IMG/VR virus record: IMGVR_UViG_3300025018_000005
Source: an uncultured virus (IMG/VR IMGVR_UViG_3300025018_000005)
Taxonomy: Duplodnaviria > Heunggongvirae > Uroviricota > Caudoviricetes
Strand: one strand, 5' to 3'
DNA: 64,000 nt
Shown here: one piece after another, positions 49,698-59,360 of the stretch
How positions within the stretch are numbered: the stretch's first letter is position 1
Layout of the letters: each line of letters starts with the position of its first letter
The notes under the pieces: generated by a model
Databases searched by the model: none
What the model saw: only the letters and a program-made list of their open reading frames with translations
What the model was told of the DNA's origin: nothing
Position numbers and translations under genes: made by a program

Positions 49698-49943
49698 GTG
49701 GAAGTAATCTTATTCAGCGCATCTTGGTGCGCACCATGCAAGCAATTAAAAGAATTCACAAACAACAATGGAATGAGTTTTAGTAAGGTCTACGACATAG
49801 ATACTGATGAAGGCTCTGAAGCAGCACGTAAGTTTGGTGTAAGGGGTGTGCCGACAACGATTGCTATGAAAGATGGCGGTGAATCCAAGCGAGTCATTGG
49901 GTTTAATATTAACGAGATAAACGAAATTTTTAAGGGGATTTGA
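49698..49943 (+). CDS. thioredoxin/glutaredoxin-like protein
   Basis: FSASWCAPCK, VRGVPT; adjacent to the reductase. Confidence 0.88.
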   Translation: MEVILFSASWCAPCKQLKEFTNNNGMSFSKVYDIDTDEGSEAARKFGVRGVPTTIAMKDGGESKRVIGFNINEINEIFKGI

Positions 49944-52900
49944 TGGACTATACAAATGAAATGAGCAAGTACAACTTCATAAAAGGGTATTCAGCTTGGA
50001 ATGACAAAGAAGGCCGCTACGAGACTTGGGATGAGGCTGTTGATCGTGTCATGGATATGCACAAGGAAAAGTATAAAAGCAAAATAAGCTTAAGTGAGCG
50101 TCTTTCAGATTTGATTGATTTTGCAACTCACGCTTACAAGGATAAGTTTTGCTTGGCATCACAGCGAAGTCTTCAATTTGGCGGTGAACCAATGTTGCGT
50201 AAAAATGGAAGGCAATTTAATTGTCTTACCAGTTATGCTGATCGACCATCGTTTTTCCAAGACACGATGTGGTGGTTATTGCAAGGTGGTGGCGTTGGTT
50301 TTAGCGTACAAAAGCATCACGTGAAAAAATTACCGAAAATAAAGCAGCGATCAGGAGAGGCGAAAATCTTCGTTGTCCCCGATACCATCGAAGGATGGTC
50401 TGATGCAATTGGTGTTTTAATGTCATCTTATTTTGAAGGTGGCGGTACTTTCAAGGAGTATTCTGGGTGTAATGTTCTTTTTGATTTCAGTGAGATTCGA
50501 CCAGAGGGATCACTTATTTCTGGCGGGTTTAAAGCTCCTGGCCCTGACGGATTACGTGCTTCGCTAAATAAAATCGAATCGGTGATTGAAAGCGCAATAA
50601 AAGATGGAGATGTATTGCGTCCAATTCATGTGTACGACATTGTAATGCACACATCTGATGCTGTACTTTCAGGCGGGATTCGAAGAAGCGCAAGTATCTC
50701 AATTTGCAGTCCAGATGACGAAGAAATGATCGAAGCTAAAACTGGTGACTGGTTTGTTAAAAACCCTCAGAGAGCAAGATCAAATAATTCAGTGATGCTG
50801 GTAAGGAGTGAGACAGCGAGAGAAACTTATGGAAAGCTTTTTAAATCAATAAAGCAGTTTGGAGAGCCGGGAATTATTTGGAGCGAAAGCACCGAATTTA
50901 TGTTCAATCCGTTAGCCAATTAAATAACGTGCGGATTTAAAACCTTCTCTGATTGACTTGGACGGTGATGACACACTTACAGGGCGCAAGGGTAAAGCCA
51001 GCGTGAGAGACTAAGCGAGAGGGGCATCTTAATAGGTGCGAGCGATAGTCCAGCGCACAGCAAGAAAGTCATTGATACTTGCGGTGTGAGGCGTAGAAAT
51101 ATCATTCATGCCTGTATCTCCTTCTGGAGTCAGTGCATTTCAGGGATGTAACCTTTATTGAGTAGAGGTTGTAAAAGAGGGTGAATTGCTGGGAAGCCTA
51201 AGTGCGTAGCATAAGGTAATCAGCAGCCAAGCTTTAGGGGCGACCCTTTAGAAGGTTCAACGACTAGAAGATACCTACTCTTTATGAGTAGATGAACTTC
51301 GTACTCTCAAGTGAGAGGAAGCACCCTCCACCAAGTAGCGATTGGTGATGATATAGTCTGAGCTGCATGGAAACATGCAGGAGTTTCTTCATAGATCAAC
51401 ATGAGGGTGATTTATGAGAAAAAATAGGAATGGGTATTTTGAGACTGAGACACATAGAGAATGTACTATGTGCGGCTGTATTTTTGAGAAGAGAAAGTTT
51501 GGTTGCAGAATGAAAATATGCAAACCATGCAATTCAAAAAGAGTCAAATCGCAGACTCCTGAAAAAAGAATGTGGCAAAGAGCGAAACAGAGAGCAAGAG
51601 CAAAAGGAATGGAATCTACTCTTGAGGTTGAAGATATATTTTTGCCAAAAGTATGTCCTATATTAGGGATTGAGTTAAAGGTTAATTCTGGAAGGCCAGG
51701 AGCTTATGATAGCTCGTATTCTTTAGATAGAATTGACAACTCAAAAGGGTATACACAAGATAATATCCAAGTAATAAGCCAAATAGCAAATGCTATGAAG
51801 GCAAATGCAAGTGCAGAGCAATTATTGTTATTTGCAAAATACATACTAAAAACCTATGAAGAAACCGGAGAGGATTAACGACCCTCTTTCAACATAACTG
51901 ACCGAATGTAATGGAGGCGTAATGAATAACATGGAAAATGCAAAGAGGGCTGTGAAGGCTGCAACAATTATTGGGACGTTGCAAGCTGGTTACACAGATT
52001 TTGAATATGGAGACAAAGCAACTAAGGAGGCATTTGAGAAAGAAGCATTGCTTGGCGTAAGCATTACTGGGTGGATGGAGAATCCAGATTTTCTTTTCGA
52101 CGACGACAACATGAAATGCTTGGCTGAGTACGCAAAAGAAATTAACGCTGAGGTTGCCGACTTGATTGGCATCAACAAGGCTGCGAGAATAAGTTGCACA
52201 AAACCCGCTGGCAACTCGTCGGTATTGCTTGGCACTGCTTCAGGGATTCACCCTCACCATAGCAAGCGGTACTTCAGAAATATGCAGGCGAACGTTAATG
52301 AGGATGTACCAAAGGAATTTAAGCGAATAAATCCAGATGCTGTTGAAGACTCTGTATGGTCTGCGAGCGGGAAAGATGTTGTAATTTCATTCCCAATCAT
52401 AGCTCCAGAAGGCGCTAAGTTTAAAAAGGATTTAATGGGTGTTAAGCTTTTAGAGTACGTTAAAAAAGCACAGAACTCTTGGGTTGAGCATGGAACTAGA
52501 CCTGAGCTTGGCAATCACCCAATGTTGCGACACAACATCTCAAACACAATTACTGTTGATGATTGGGATGAGGTTGAGGAATATGTTTGGGAGAACAAGG
52601 AGAGCTTTGCTGGCATTAGCTTCCTTCCTCCGAGTGGAGACAAGGATTATGCTCAAGCACCATTTACAGAGGTAAAAACTGAGCAAGAAATAATCGATGA
52701 ATATGGAGTTGCATCGATGTTCGCATCAGGGTTAATTGTTGATGCGCTAAATGCTTATGAAGCTGACCTGTGGAGAGCTTGTGCTGTTGCGGATGGATCA
52801 AACCCAGATGGGAAGGCTGAACTAACTCATGCCACAAGTAAAAATGCTTTGAAGCGCGACTGGGTTCGTAGGTTCGATAAGTTTGCAGATAAGTATTTTG

Positions 52901-53082
52901 ATGGAGATAAGCGCCAAACAACTTACTTGTTAAAGGATGTGCATCTTCTTCATAAATGGGAGAATGTCACTAAAGCATTCAAGGCAATTGATTGGGAAAA
53001 TGCAGACATAAAGCCAAAGTACGTTGATGTTAATACGACAGGTGCGCAAGCTTGTTCTGGTGGAGTTTGCGAAATAGTATAA
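49943..53082 (+). CDS. nrdJ: ribonucleotide reductase, probably monomeric class II (B12-dependent); exons 49943-50912, 51091-51155, 51901-53082; 738 aa spliced
   Basis: FNC, GVGFSV, GGIRRSA, spliced NPCVEI...CNLTE, TKPAG, C-terminal CSGGVC; no beta-subunit gene in the window. Confidence 0.85.
50913..51090 (+). ncRNA. group I intron 1 (178 nt, no ORF)
   Basis: P1 AAUCCGU/GCGGAUU with U.G; P3 50943-49/51017-23; P7 GACUA/UAGUC; P8; P9; terminal G 51090; removal restores T|GC Cys. Confidence 0.9.
51156..51900 (+). ncRNA. group I intron 2 (745 nt, IA2-like)
   Basis: P1 AACCUU/GAGGUU; AAUUGCUGG and AAUCAGCAG; P3 GAGGGUG/CACCCUC; P7; two extra hairpins between P7 and P3'; P9 with GAAA loop; terminal G 51900. 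Confidence 0.93.
51414..51878 (+). CDS. intron-encoded HNH homing endonuclease
   Basis: N-terminal C..C/C..C; CPILG; SLDRIDNSKGY..DN..VIS..AN..K. Confidence 0.88.
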   Translation: MRKNRNGYFETETHRECTMCGCIFEKRKFGCRMKICKPCNSKRVKSQTPEKRMWQRAKQRARAKGMESTLEVEDIFLPKVCPILGIELKVNSGRPGAYDSSYSLDRIDNSKGYTQDNIQVISQIANAMKANASAEQLLLFAKYILKTYEETGED

Positions 53083-53088
53083 AAACTA

Positions 53089-53131
53089 TTGACACCATTA
53101 AAAAAGACCTGCATACTGTGCAGGTCTTTTG
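53089..53131 (+). promoter_or_regulatory. promoter fused with the reductase terminator
   Basis: TTGACA-17-CATACT; hairpin AAAAGACCTGCA/TGCAGGTCTTTT centred on the -10 box. Confidence 0.75.
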
Positions 53132-53150
53132 ATTTTAGGAGAGAAATGAT

Positions 53151-53522
53151 ATGAGTGAAGTCGTAAAATACGGTAAATGGGGTTCAGTGTGTATTTGTAA
53201 TAATTGCGCATCTGAAGTTAATGGATACGATATATATAAAAGCTGTACATGCTGGAGTTGCGGTAATGTTAGTCAGTATTCGGCTCTTCCACACATAGTA
53301 GTTCCTCGTCGAAAAGCAATAACTGGATATAAAGGCTTCTGGCCTTTCAAAAAGGAAGTTTACCATTACGAGTACAAAGAGCTGGTAATACCAGAAAAAT
53401 TTAGAGGCATGGAAAAATTTAATTTACCAATCAAGCCAAAATTTATTGACACAATTAAAGTCGGATCTGATGGATTTGGAGCTGTCTTATTTAAGAGGAG
53501 TAAACTAAATGAGAGAAATTAA
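53151..53522 (+). CDS. zinc-finger hypothetical protein
   Basis: C..C / C..CG pairs; AGGAG RBS. Confidence 0.6.
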   Translation: MSEVVKYGKWGSVCICNNCASEVNGYDIYKSCTCWSCGNVSQYSALPHIVVPRRKAITGYKGFWPFKKEVYHYEYKELVIPEKFRGMEKFNLPIKPKFIDTIKVGSDGFGAVLFKRSKLNERN

Positions 53523-53877
53523 GTTTGAGTATGGATTTGAGAGTCATCCACCATTGAGATACACATTACAGCAAATAGAGTTTGGCTTGGACTTCTCAGA
53601 AACAGGCCCAGTGAAGTATCGACGCCAATACACAGGCATAAAGGATAAGAATGCCGTTGAAGTTTACGAGGGTGATATTGTCACAGCAAAAACAGAGGTA
53701 AATGATATTTGCGATGTGAGAGGCGTAGTGTTCTTTAGTGAAGACTGGCTTGAATACCAAATAGAACAAGAAGATTGCAGTTTTCCAGTTTGTAGCTTTG
53801 GAGTTATTGATTTTAAATCTGTAGAAGTTATCGGCAACATTCACCAAAACCATGAGCTAATGCAGAAAGGGGAATGA
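53509..53877 (+). CDS. YopX family protein
   Basis: MREIKF, QYTGIKDKN..EVYEGDIV, EVIGNIHQN.EL. Confidence 0.9.
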   Translation: MREIKFEYGFESHPPLRYTLQQIEFGLDFSETGPVKYRRQYTGIKDKNAVEVYEGDIVTAKTEVNDICDVRGVVFFSEDWLEYQIEQEDCSFPVCSFGVIDFKSVEVIGNIHQNHELMQKGE

Positions 53878-54042
53878 TATGGACGACTTAGAGCTCCAAG
53901 TGGAAGTATTTAGGATAATTAGGTCAAATTTAGAGTATTCGAAAAAACAAATAATCAAGGAAATTAAGTGACAGTTGCCCGATGTAACAGATAATCAAAT
54001 AGCTGACGCTTTGTATCAGCTAAGTAAATAGGAAGGATTTAT

Positions 54043-54543
54043 ATGAACAAGTATAGCAAGCAATTAAGAGAATGCCCAGATTGCGGCAATGATGACATTA
54101 GCTGGTGCGGAATATCGCATAGGCCATATTGCGAATGCGGGCGATGGGGCAAGACCAATTTCGGATCAGATCAAGACGCCATTGATGACTGGAATAAGAA
54201 AACCGAGCATGAATTGCTTCTTGAAGCGCGAGAAGAAAACGCACAGCTAAAGTCCCGTATCGCTGAGCTTGAATTGGTAGCAGATAGCTTCAATAGGTTC
54301 AGAGCTAGTCTGTGTGATACTTGCGGTGGTTATGGCTCTGTAGGTAGTGCGCCTGATGATTATTATGATTGCCCAGAGTGCACTAAACGAAACAATCAAA
54401 TCAAGGCGGATGCTATTCGTGAGATGTTGAGACATTTCAATAACTTTTCACTTGGGTGGGCAAAAGATGGTCACGGAAATGTTTACTGGCTTGAAAAGTC
54501 AGCAGAAGAATACGCAGACGCGATAGAGCGAGGCGAATCATGA
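54043..54543 (+). CDS. Lar-like zinc-finger protein
   Basis: LRECPDCG...CECG...AIDDWN; second Cys cluster. Confidence 0.6.
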   Translation: MNKYSKQLRECPDCGNDDISWCGISHRPYCECGRWGKTNFGSDQDAIDDWNKKTEHELLLEAREENAQLKSRIAELELVADSFNRFRASLCDTCGGYGSVGSAPDDYYDCPECTKRNNQIKADAIREMLRHFNNFSLGWAKDGHGNVYWLEKSAEEYADAIERGES

Positions 54544-54786
54544 TAACCGGACTAATATGGCTGTGGGTATTTGCAATCGGATCAATACTGGCAATGTGGC
54601 TGGTTAGGGGTGGGAAATGAAAGCTGAATTAACAATAGACGGATATATCAAAATAACCGCCGAGACTATCGTTGAAGCATGGGCGCTTAATGGCGTTTGG
54701 CCTGTTGGTGTTGAAATTGCAGATAGGATGAAAAATGAAGATCGTGTAATTGTTGACTGTTCAATATTGGACAAAGGGGCGGCGCG

Positions 54787-55152
54787 ATGAGCACAGAACT
54801 AAAAGAATGCCCGTTTTGCGGCGGTGATGCAGAATACTTTGAAACAAAGTTTGTAAGGTGTAGCAACGCAAATTGCTTTCAGTATGACATGGGCGTAACA
54901 GCAGATGGCTGGAATCACCGCGCCAATCGTGACCAGTGGATAAGCGTTGCCGATGATCTGCCAAAAGAGCGCGCATCAGCTTACCAAGTGTTAGTTGCTT
55001 GCAACAAACCTCAAGGGGGGATGTACGAAGGCATGTGTGTTCGCAGGTACGTTCAGGACTGGGTTGTAAGATCATGGCCAGATCAATTTGTGGCATGGAT
55101 GTATGACCCAGTTGGACATTTTTGCATGCCAGCACCACCGGAGGCACCATGA
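54787..55152 (+). CDS. Lar-like zinc finger fused to a DUF551-like domain
   Basis: ELKECPFCGG...WN.R; WISVADDLP...V.AWM. Confidence 0.7.
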   Translation: MSTELKECPFCGGDAEYFETKFVRCSNANCFQYDMGVTADGWNHRANRDQWISVADDLPKERASAYQVLVACNKPQGGMYEGMCVRRYVQDWVVRSWPDQFVAWMYDPVGHFCMPAPPEAP

Positions 55153-55474
55153 AAACACGCTTCAAGCACTGGAAATGGCGCGATATGCCGTGGATCATCA
55201 TTGGCGTTATCATCGTTCAGGTAGCAATTTGGCACGTAAGCAGCAAGATAGACTGGCCTAGCGCCGGTTATCCTGCACACGTAGAAACAGATAGATAATG
55301 GGTAGGTTATGGAAGGTACAACATAGATAATTATAATCTTAGGCATTGCAAGCCTATCTTTCTTGGGTCTATGCGTGTGGCTATATGCGGTGATAGAAGA
55401 CTTACGTCTTGATATTCTATTACTGAAAGCTGACCTAAAGGACGCCAATTGGCGCTTACGCAATAACACCCATA

Positions 55475-55505
55475 AAAAAGCCCGTTGATTATAAGTCATA
55501 CGGGC
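55475..55505 (-). terminator. minus-strand intrinsic terminator
   Basis: GCCCGT...ACGGGC followed by T6 on the minus strand. Confidence 0.55.
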
Positions 55506-55679
55506 GTGGCGATGGGCATCAAGTACCGCATCTCAGCGATTACGCTTTATAGACTCTCTTGGGATGTCAGCCAGTGGCCGGTAGCTACCAACTTTCGTTA
55601 TCGGTCATAGTAGCAATTAACTTGCATTGTACATTAGTTTGGATTATCATGATTTTGTGGACTTTATTCAGGAGGATTT

Positions 55680-56138
55680 ATGAAAATAGAAACAGGAAAT
55701 GTAATTGACGCATTTGAGGAGTATCGCAAAACAGGAATCGCTTGCTTGATTCATGTCGTTAATTGTCAAGGTATTATGGGCAGTGGTATTGCGAAAGAAA
55801 TCAAGGAGCGTTACCCAAATGTTGCAAAGTCTTATTTTGAGGCACATGCTTGTGGTGACTTGCGACTTGGAGAGAACATTATTAACGACTATGTTGTCAA
55901 TATGCCAGCACAGAATTATTATGGTGGTTCACGCAGAAACCTAGACTACGGCGCATTTGCTGCGTGCGTATTTGATGTTGCGCAAAGAATTAACATTCGC
56001 AAGACACAAGGTGAGAAGTTTAAGGTATTTACTCCTTATTTGATTGGATGTGATCGCGCAGGAGGAGATTGGGATGTTGTTTCAGAAATACTTGACTTTG
56101 CATTTGGCGACAGTATAATCTGTTATAAATTGAATTAG
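55680..56138 (+). CDS. macrodomain ADP-ribose hydrolase (TARG1/DarG-like)
   Basis: IHVVNCQGIMGSGIAKEIKERYP; PYLIGCDRAGGDW..V. Confidence 0.88.
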   Translation: MKIETGNVIDAFEEYRKTGIACLIHVVNCQGIMGSGIAKEIKERYPNVAKSYFEAHACGDLRLGENIINDYVVNMPAQNYYGGSRRNLDYGAFAACVFDVAQRINIRKTQGEKFKVFTPYLIGCDRAGGDWDVVSEILDFAFGDSIICYKLN

Positions 56139-56146
56139 GAGGACTT

Positions 56147-56356
56147 ATGAGCGACTTGAAATATCAAACAGTAAACCAGCTTCTAGCGTCAAAAGCATCT
56201 TGCGAGATGTACATCTCTAATCTTACGTCAAAGTTAAATGGACAGAAAGAAAGGCTGAAGTGGATAGAAAAATATATCTACGAAAAGACACCAGTAGAGC
56301 TTTCGATCAATGAGATTGAAGCAAGATTAGGTCATAAAGTAATTATTAAGGAGTAA
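56147..56356 (+). CDS. hypothetical protein
   Basis: AGGAGG RBS; ELSINEIEARLGHKVII tail. Confidence 0.65.
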   Translation: MSDLKYQTVNQLLASKASCEMYISNLTSKLNGQKERLKWIEKYIYEKTPVELSINEIEARLGHKVIIKE

Positions 56357-57361
56357 ATGATGAAACTTAAAACATACGACTCAGATGATGGCCTATATAT
56401 AAGTGCTGTTACTGGCGGATATTCACACAGCTTTTTGTCATCGGCACTTAATTTTAATGGAAAAAAGTGCGAAAAAACTTGGAGTGAAAAGTGGGTGTTT
56501 CTAAGTGGTGAGCATGAAATAAAATCAATCACACGAGACAAGGTAATGCATCCCAAAATTGAGTTTTACGAATTGGTTGACAAATCGTTTGCCTCTGACA
56601 AGATACCGGAGAAGCTTTCACCGGAAGATGTTGGTCGATATTACGATGACGACATGGAATGCTATTGCTGGCTTAATTATGAGCAAATACGAGGCTTATA
56701 TAAAGAAGTTCTTGGCGATAGCAATGTAATCAAGGAGAATATTGACTTTGAGGAGGAGAGTCTTGGAAAGATAAATATATCTAACAAGGACGCTCCAGAG
56801 AAGCTTTCTGTCAGGGTTGATACCCTTTATGGCAACTCCTCTGAAGTTGATATATCGTCATGTGTCACATACGATGAGCTTTCAAGTATGCTTGTACCAG
56901 ATTTGCTTATTCATAAGCAACCATGCTCAATTACTTCAGAGCAGGCTTATTCTGTTATAAGAAATCACGTCAAAGAGCATATAGACGTAAAGCAGGCGAT
57001 AATTACATCTGACTATGATTTTTGCTTTAATGTCAAAAAGCTGGTATCAATAAAGCCATACGTAAAGACAACTGAAGAAAGGAAAGCTAATGGTCGATCC
57101 TACGCAAAGCCAAGGATTCATAAAAGAACCATAGAGCACAAACAAATTGACTGGTTTGAGATGACGACAAAGAAAAAGCGACACGGCAGTTACACGCCAA
57201 TAGAGGGATTCTCTGGCGATTCGCTTGATGATCTTATTGCCAATATAAAAAATTACTTGGATGAGCTAATGGATAGCATTAATTGCGAGCTAAAGGAATG
57301 CAGTCATTGTTCAGGATCTGGTATAGTCCATGTCGAAAAATTCAAAGCAAACGAGAGGTAA
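56357..57361 (+). CDS. hypothetical protein with C-terminal CxxCxG
   Basis: 334-aa ORF; ITSDYDFCF.VKK; CSHCSGSG. Confidence 0.7.
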   Translation: MMKLKTYDSDDGLYISAVTGGYSHSFLSSALNFNGKKCEKTWSEKWVFLSGEHEIKSITRDKVMHPKIEFYELVDKSFASDKIPEKLSPEDVGRYYDDDMECYCWLNYEQIRGLYKEVLGDSNVIKENIDFEEESLGKINISNKDAPEKLSVRVDTLYGNSSEVDISSCVTYDELSSMLVPDLLIHKQPCSITSEQAYSVIRNHVKEHIDVKQAIITSDYDFCFNVKKLVSIKPYVKTTEERKANGRSYAKPRIHKRTIEHKQIDWFEMTTKKKRHGSYTPIEGFSGDSLDDLIANIKNYLDELMDSINCELKECSHCSGSGIVHVEKFKANER

Positions 57362-57363
57362 GA

Positions 57364-57600
57364 ATGATTGTAATTCAAAAAAGCTTTTCAGATAGTAATC
57401 TTAGCAATCGAGATTATATGGATAAGGTTGTTGTAAGAATTGATGGTGTGAACGTATTTTCTGTTCATGATGGTGAGCCAGAGGATAACAACCTTCGCAG
57501 GAACTTTAACGACTGTTACTCTGTTTTGCGATTAATGGAGAGGATGTACGAGGCAGGAAAGGCTGGAGAGGTGGTCGAGTTTAGGGAAGATGAAATATGA
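57364..57600 (+). CDS. hypothetical protein
   Basis: GAGG RBS; DGEPEDNNL.RNFND. Confidence 0.6.
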   Translation: MIVIQKSFSDSNLSNRDYMDKVVVRIDGVNVFSVHDGEPEDNNLRRNFNDCYSVLRLMERMYEAGKAGEVVEFREDEI

Positions 57601-58118
57601 GCATACTTATAACAGGATATGGAAGAGCTGGCAAGGACACATTCTGCGAGATTCTTCGGGATAAGTTCGGAATGACATTCACAAGCAGTAGCTGGTTCAT
57701 GGCAAATGAGTTTATTTTTGACGAGTTAAAGGAATCTCGCGGATACAAGACTGTTGAGGATTGCTATAATGATCGTCATTCTGAAGGCTCTCGTGAATTG
57801 TGGTACAACATGATTTCAGATTACAATAAAGACGATCCGACAAAACTAGCAAGAAAGATACTTGAGGTTAATGATATTTATTGCGGGATGCGAAGCAAGC
57901 GGGAACTTGATGCGTGTGTAGAGAGCGGTGTTTTTGATCTTACAGTATGGATTGATGCTGAAGCTAGATGCGGGATAACTGAAACGAAAGAATCAATAAC
58001 CGTATCAAAGCATGATTGCGATATTATTATTTACAACAATGGAACTGAAAAAGACCTTGAAGTTGAGGCCAGTAAATTCTATAATAAATTGCAGAGGCTA
58101 GAACACAGAAGCAAATAA
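57597..58118 (+). CDS. deoxynucleoside monophosphate kinase-like protein
   Basis: ITGYGRAGKDT, GMRS.RE, DIIIYNNGT..DL. Confidence 0.75.
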   Translation: MSILITGYGRAGKDTFCEILRDKFGMTFTSSSWFMANEFIFDELKESRGYKTVEDCYNDRHSEGSRELWYNMISDYNKDDPTKLARKILEVNDIYCGMRSKRELDACVESGVFDLTVWIDAEARCGITETKESITVSKHDCDIIIYNNGTEKDLEVEASKFYNKLQRLEHRSK

Positions 58119-58162
58119 CTGTGATAGAATCCGACTTGTTTATTATTTAATTTGGAATTAAT

Positions 58163-58432
58163 ATGAGTGGATTAGACTTGGGCCATTACCCAAAAAGCGG
58201 AGATGATGGCGATATAGCTGCAATAAGCTCTGAAAATGATTTGAAAATTGCAATGTATCGCCATAAAATAGATAGTCACAACAGTGAGATAGCAGTAACG
58301 GGTTTTTGTGCGTTTTGCGGCATTGAGATAGATGAAGGAAAGTTCTGCCCTCCAGACCACGAATATAATTATTCGTGTGCAAGTGAATATCAGCGGGAGC
58401 AGGATGCAAAGAAAAGAAACGGATTGGCGTAA
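58163..58432 (+). CDS. TraR/DksA-like zinc-finger protein
   Basis: DDGDIA tip, GFCAFCG.EI, FC...C...Q. Confidence 0.6.
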   Translation: MSGLDLGHYPKSGDDGDIAAISSENDLKIAMYRHKIDSHNSEIAVTGFCAFCGIEIDEGKFCPPDHEYNYSCASEYQREQDAKKRNGLA

Positions 58433-58501
58433 TTGGTGTTAGTGGTAGCATATCTGACTTCCAATCAGATGGGACGAGTTCGATACTCGTATTACGCTCC
58501 A
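58427..58501 (+). tRNA. tRNA-Gly(TCC)
   Basis: Acceptor GCGTAAT/ATTACGC, anticodon arm TCTGA-CTTCCAA-TCAGA, GTTCGA T-loop, encoded CCA. Confidence 0.93.
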
Positions 58502-58516
58502 AAATAGAGGAATGTT

Positions 58517-59173
58517 ATGAATAGGCTACACAGATTTAAAGCAAACCAAAAAGGAAATGACTATGTTGTCGGTGATATTCACGGTAACTACGATACCTTA
58601 ATGGATAAGCTTGATGAAATAGGTTTCGATAAGTCATCAGATCGACTGTTTTCTGTTGGCGATGTTATTGACCGTGGACCTAGGAACGTTGAGTGCTTGT
58701 CATTGCATTACGAGACGTGGTTTTTTGGCGTTCGAGGAAATCACGAGCAGATGATGTTTGATTCTGTTATTGGAAGCGGAGACGTACATACTTGGTTTGC
58801 TAATGGTGGTAGCTGGTTTGCCTTAGAGGACTCTGATGAGCTAAGAGCAACTATTCATGATTTATCAGAGAGATTACCATTAGGTATTGAAATTGATTAC
58901 GGCGATAAACTGATTGGGTTGGTTCATGCTGAGGTTCCATTTAGCAATTGGAGCAAGGCATTCGAGAACGACAGCTTTGCCGTAACAAACACCATCCTGT
59001 GGGCGAGAAGACGAATATCACGAGGATATGGTCATGACGTATCTGATATTGATCAGGTTTATGTAGGACATTCGTTTGTAGACGAGCCCAAAAATATAGG
59101 TAATGTACGATACATTGACACTGGAATGGGTTGGGCCGGAAACGCAAAGCTCACCATTGAGAAAATAAATTAA
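58517..59173 (+). CDS. NinI-like metallophosphoesterase (Ser/Thr phosphatase)
   Basis: GDIHG, GDVIDRG, RGNHE, VHA, GHS, IDTG. Confidence 0.92.
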   Translation: MNRLHRFKANQKGNDYVVGDIHGNYDTLMDKLDEIGFDKSSDRLFSVGDVIDRGPRNVECLSLHYETWFFGVRGNHEQMMFDSVIGSGDVHTWFANGGSWFALEDSDELRATIHDLSERLPLGIEIDYGDKLIGLVHAEVPFSNWSKAFENDSFAVTNTILWARRRISRGYGHDVSDIDQVYVGHSFVDEPKNIGNVRYIDTGMGWAGNAKLTIEKIN

Positions 59174-59250
59174 GGCCTGTAGCTTATTGGTAAAAGCACC
59201 ATACCTGATAAAGTGGAGATCGCTGGTTCGATTCCAGCGCGGGCGTATCA
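59173..59250 (+). tRNA. degenerate tRNA-Ile(GAT)
   Basis: AGGCCTGTAGCT start, CTGATAA loop, GCTGG-TTCGATT-CCAGC T arm; mismatched acceptor and anticodon stems, ends ATCA. Confidence 0.6.
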
Positions 59251-59323
59251 TATTAAATGTTGGTATATAGAAACTAATTATTGGTACACAAAAAAACTAT
59301 TGACATTTGGACTTGTCAATCTT

Positions 59324-59360
59324 AAAATCCCCTTATTAGAAATGTTAAGGGGATTTTTTT
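59324..59360 (+). terminator. terminator overlapping a TTGACA promoter
   Basis: AAAATCCCCTTA/TAAGGGGATTTT plus T tract; TTGACA at 59299. Confidence 0.7.

Noticed and set aside
50913..51900. Twin-ribozyme (GIR1 lariat-capping) or nested intron, or an intein
   Set aside because: Each intron has its own P1 and terminal G, and the 65 nt between them encode conserved reductase residues; in-frame stops exclude an intein
55490..55620. Hammerhead, twister or c-di-GMP riboswitch
   Set aside because: Only fragments (GAAA loop, UCCCAAG) match; the conserved cores could not be assembled
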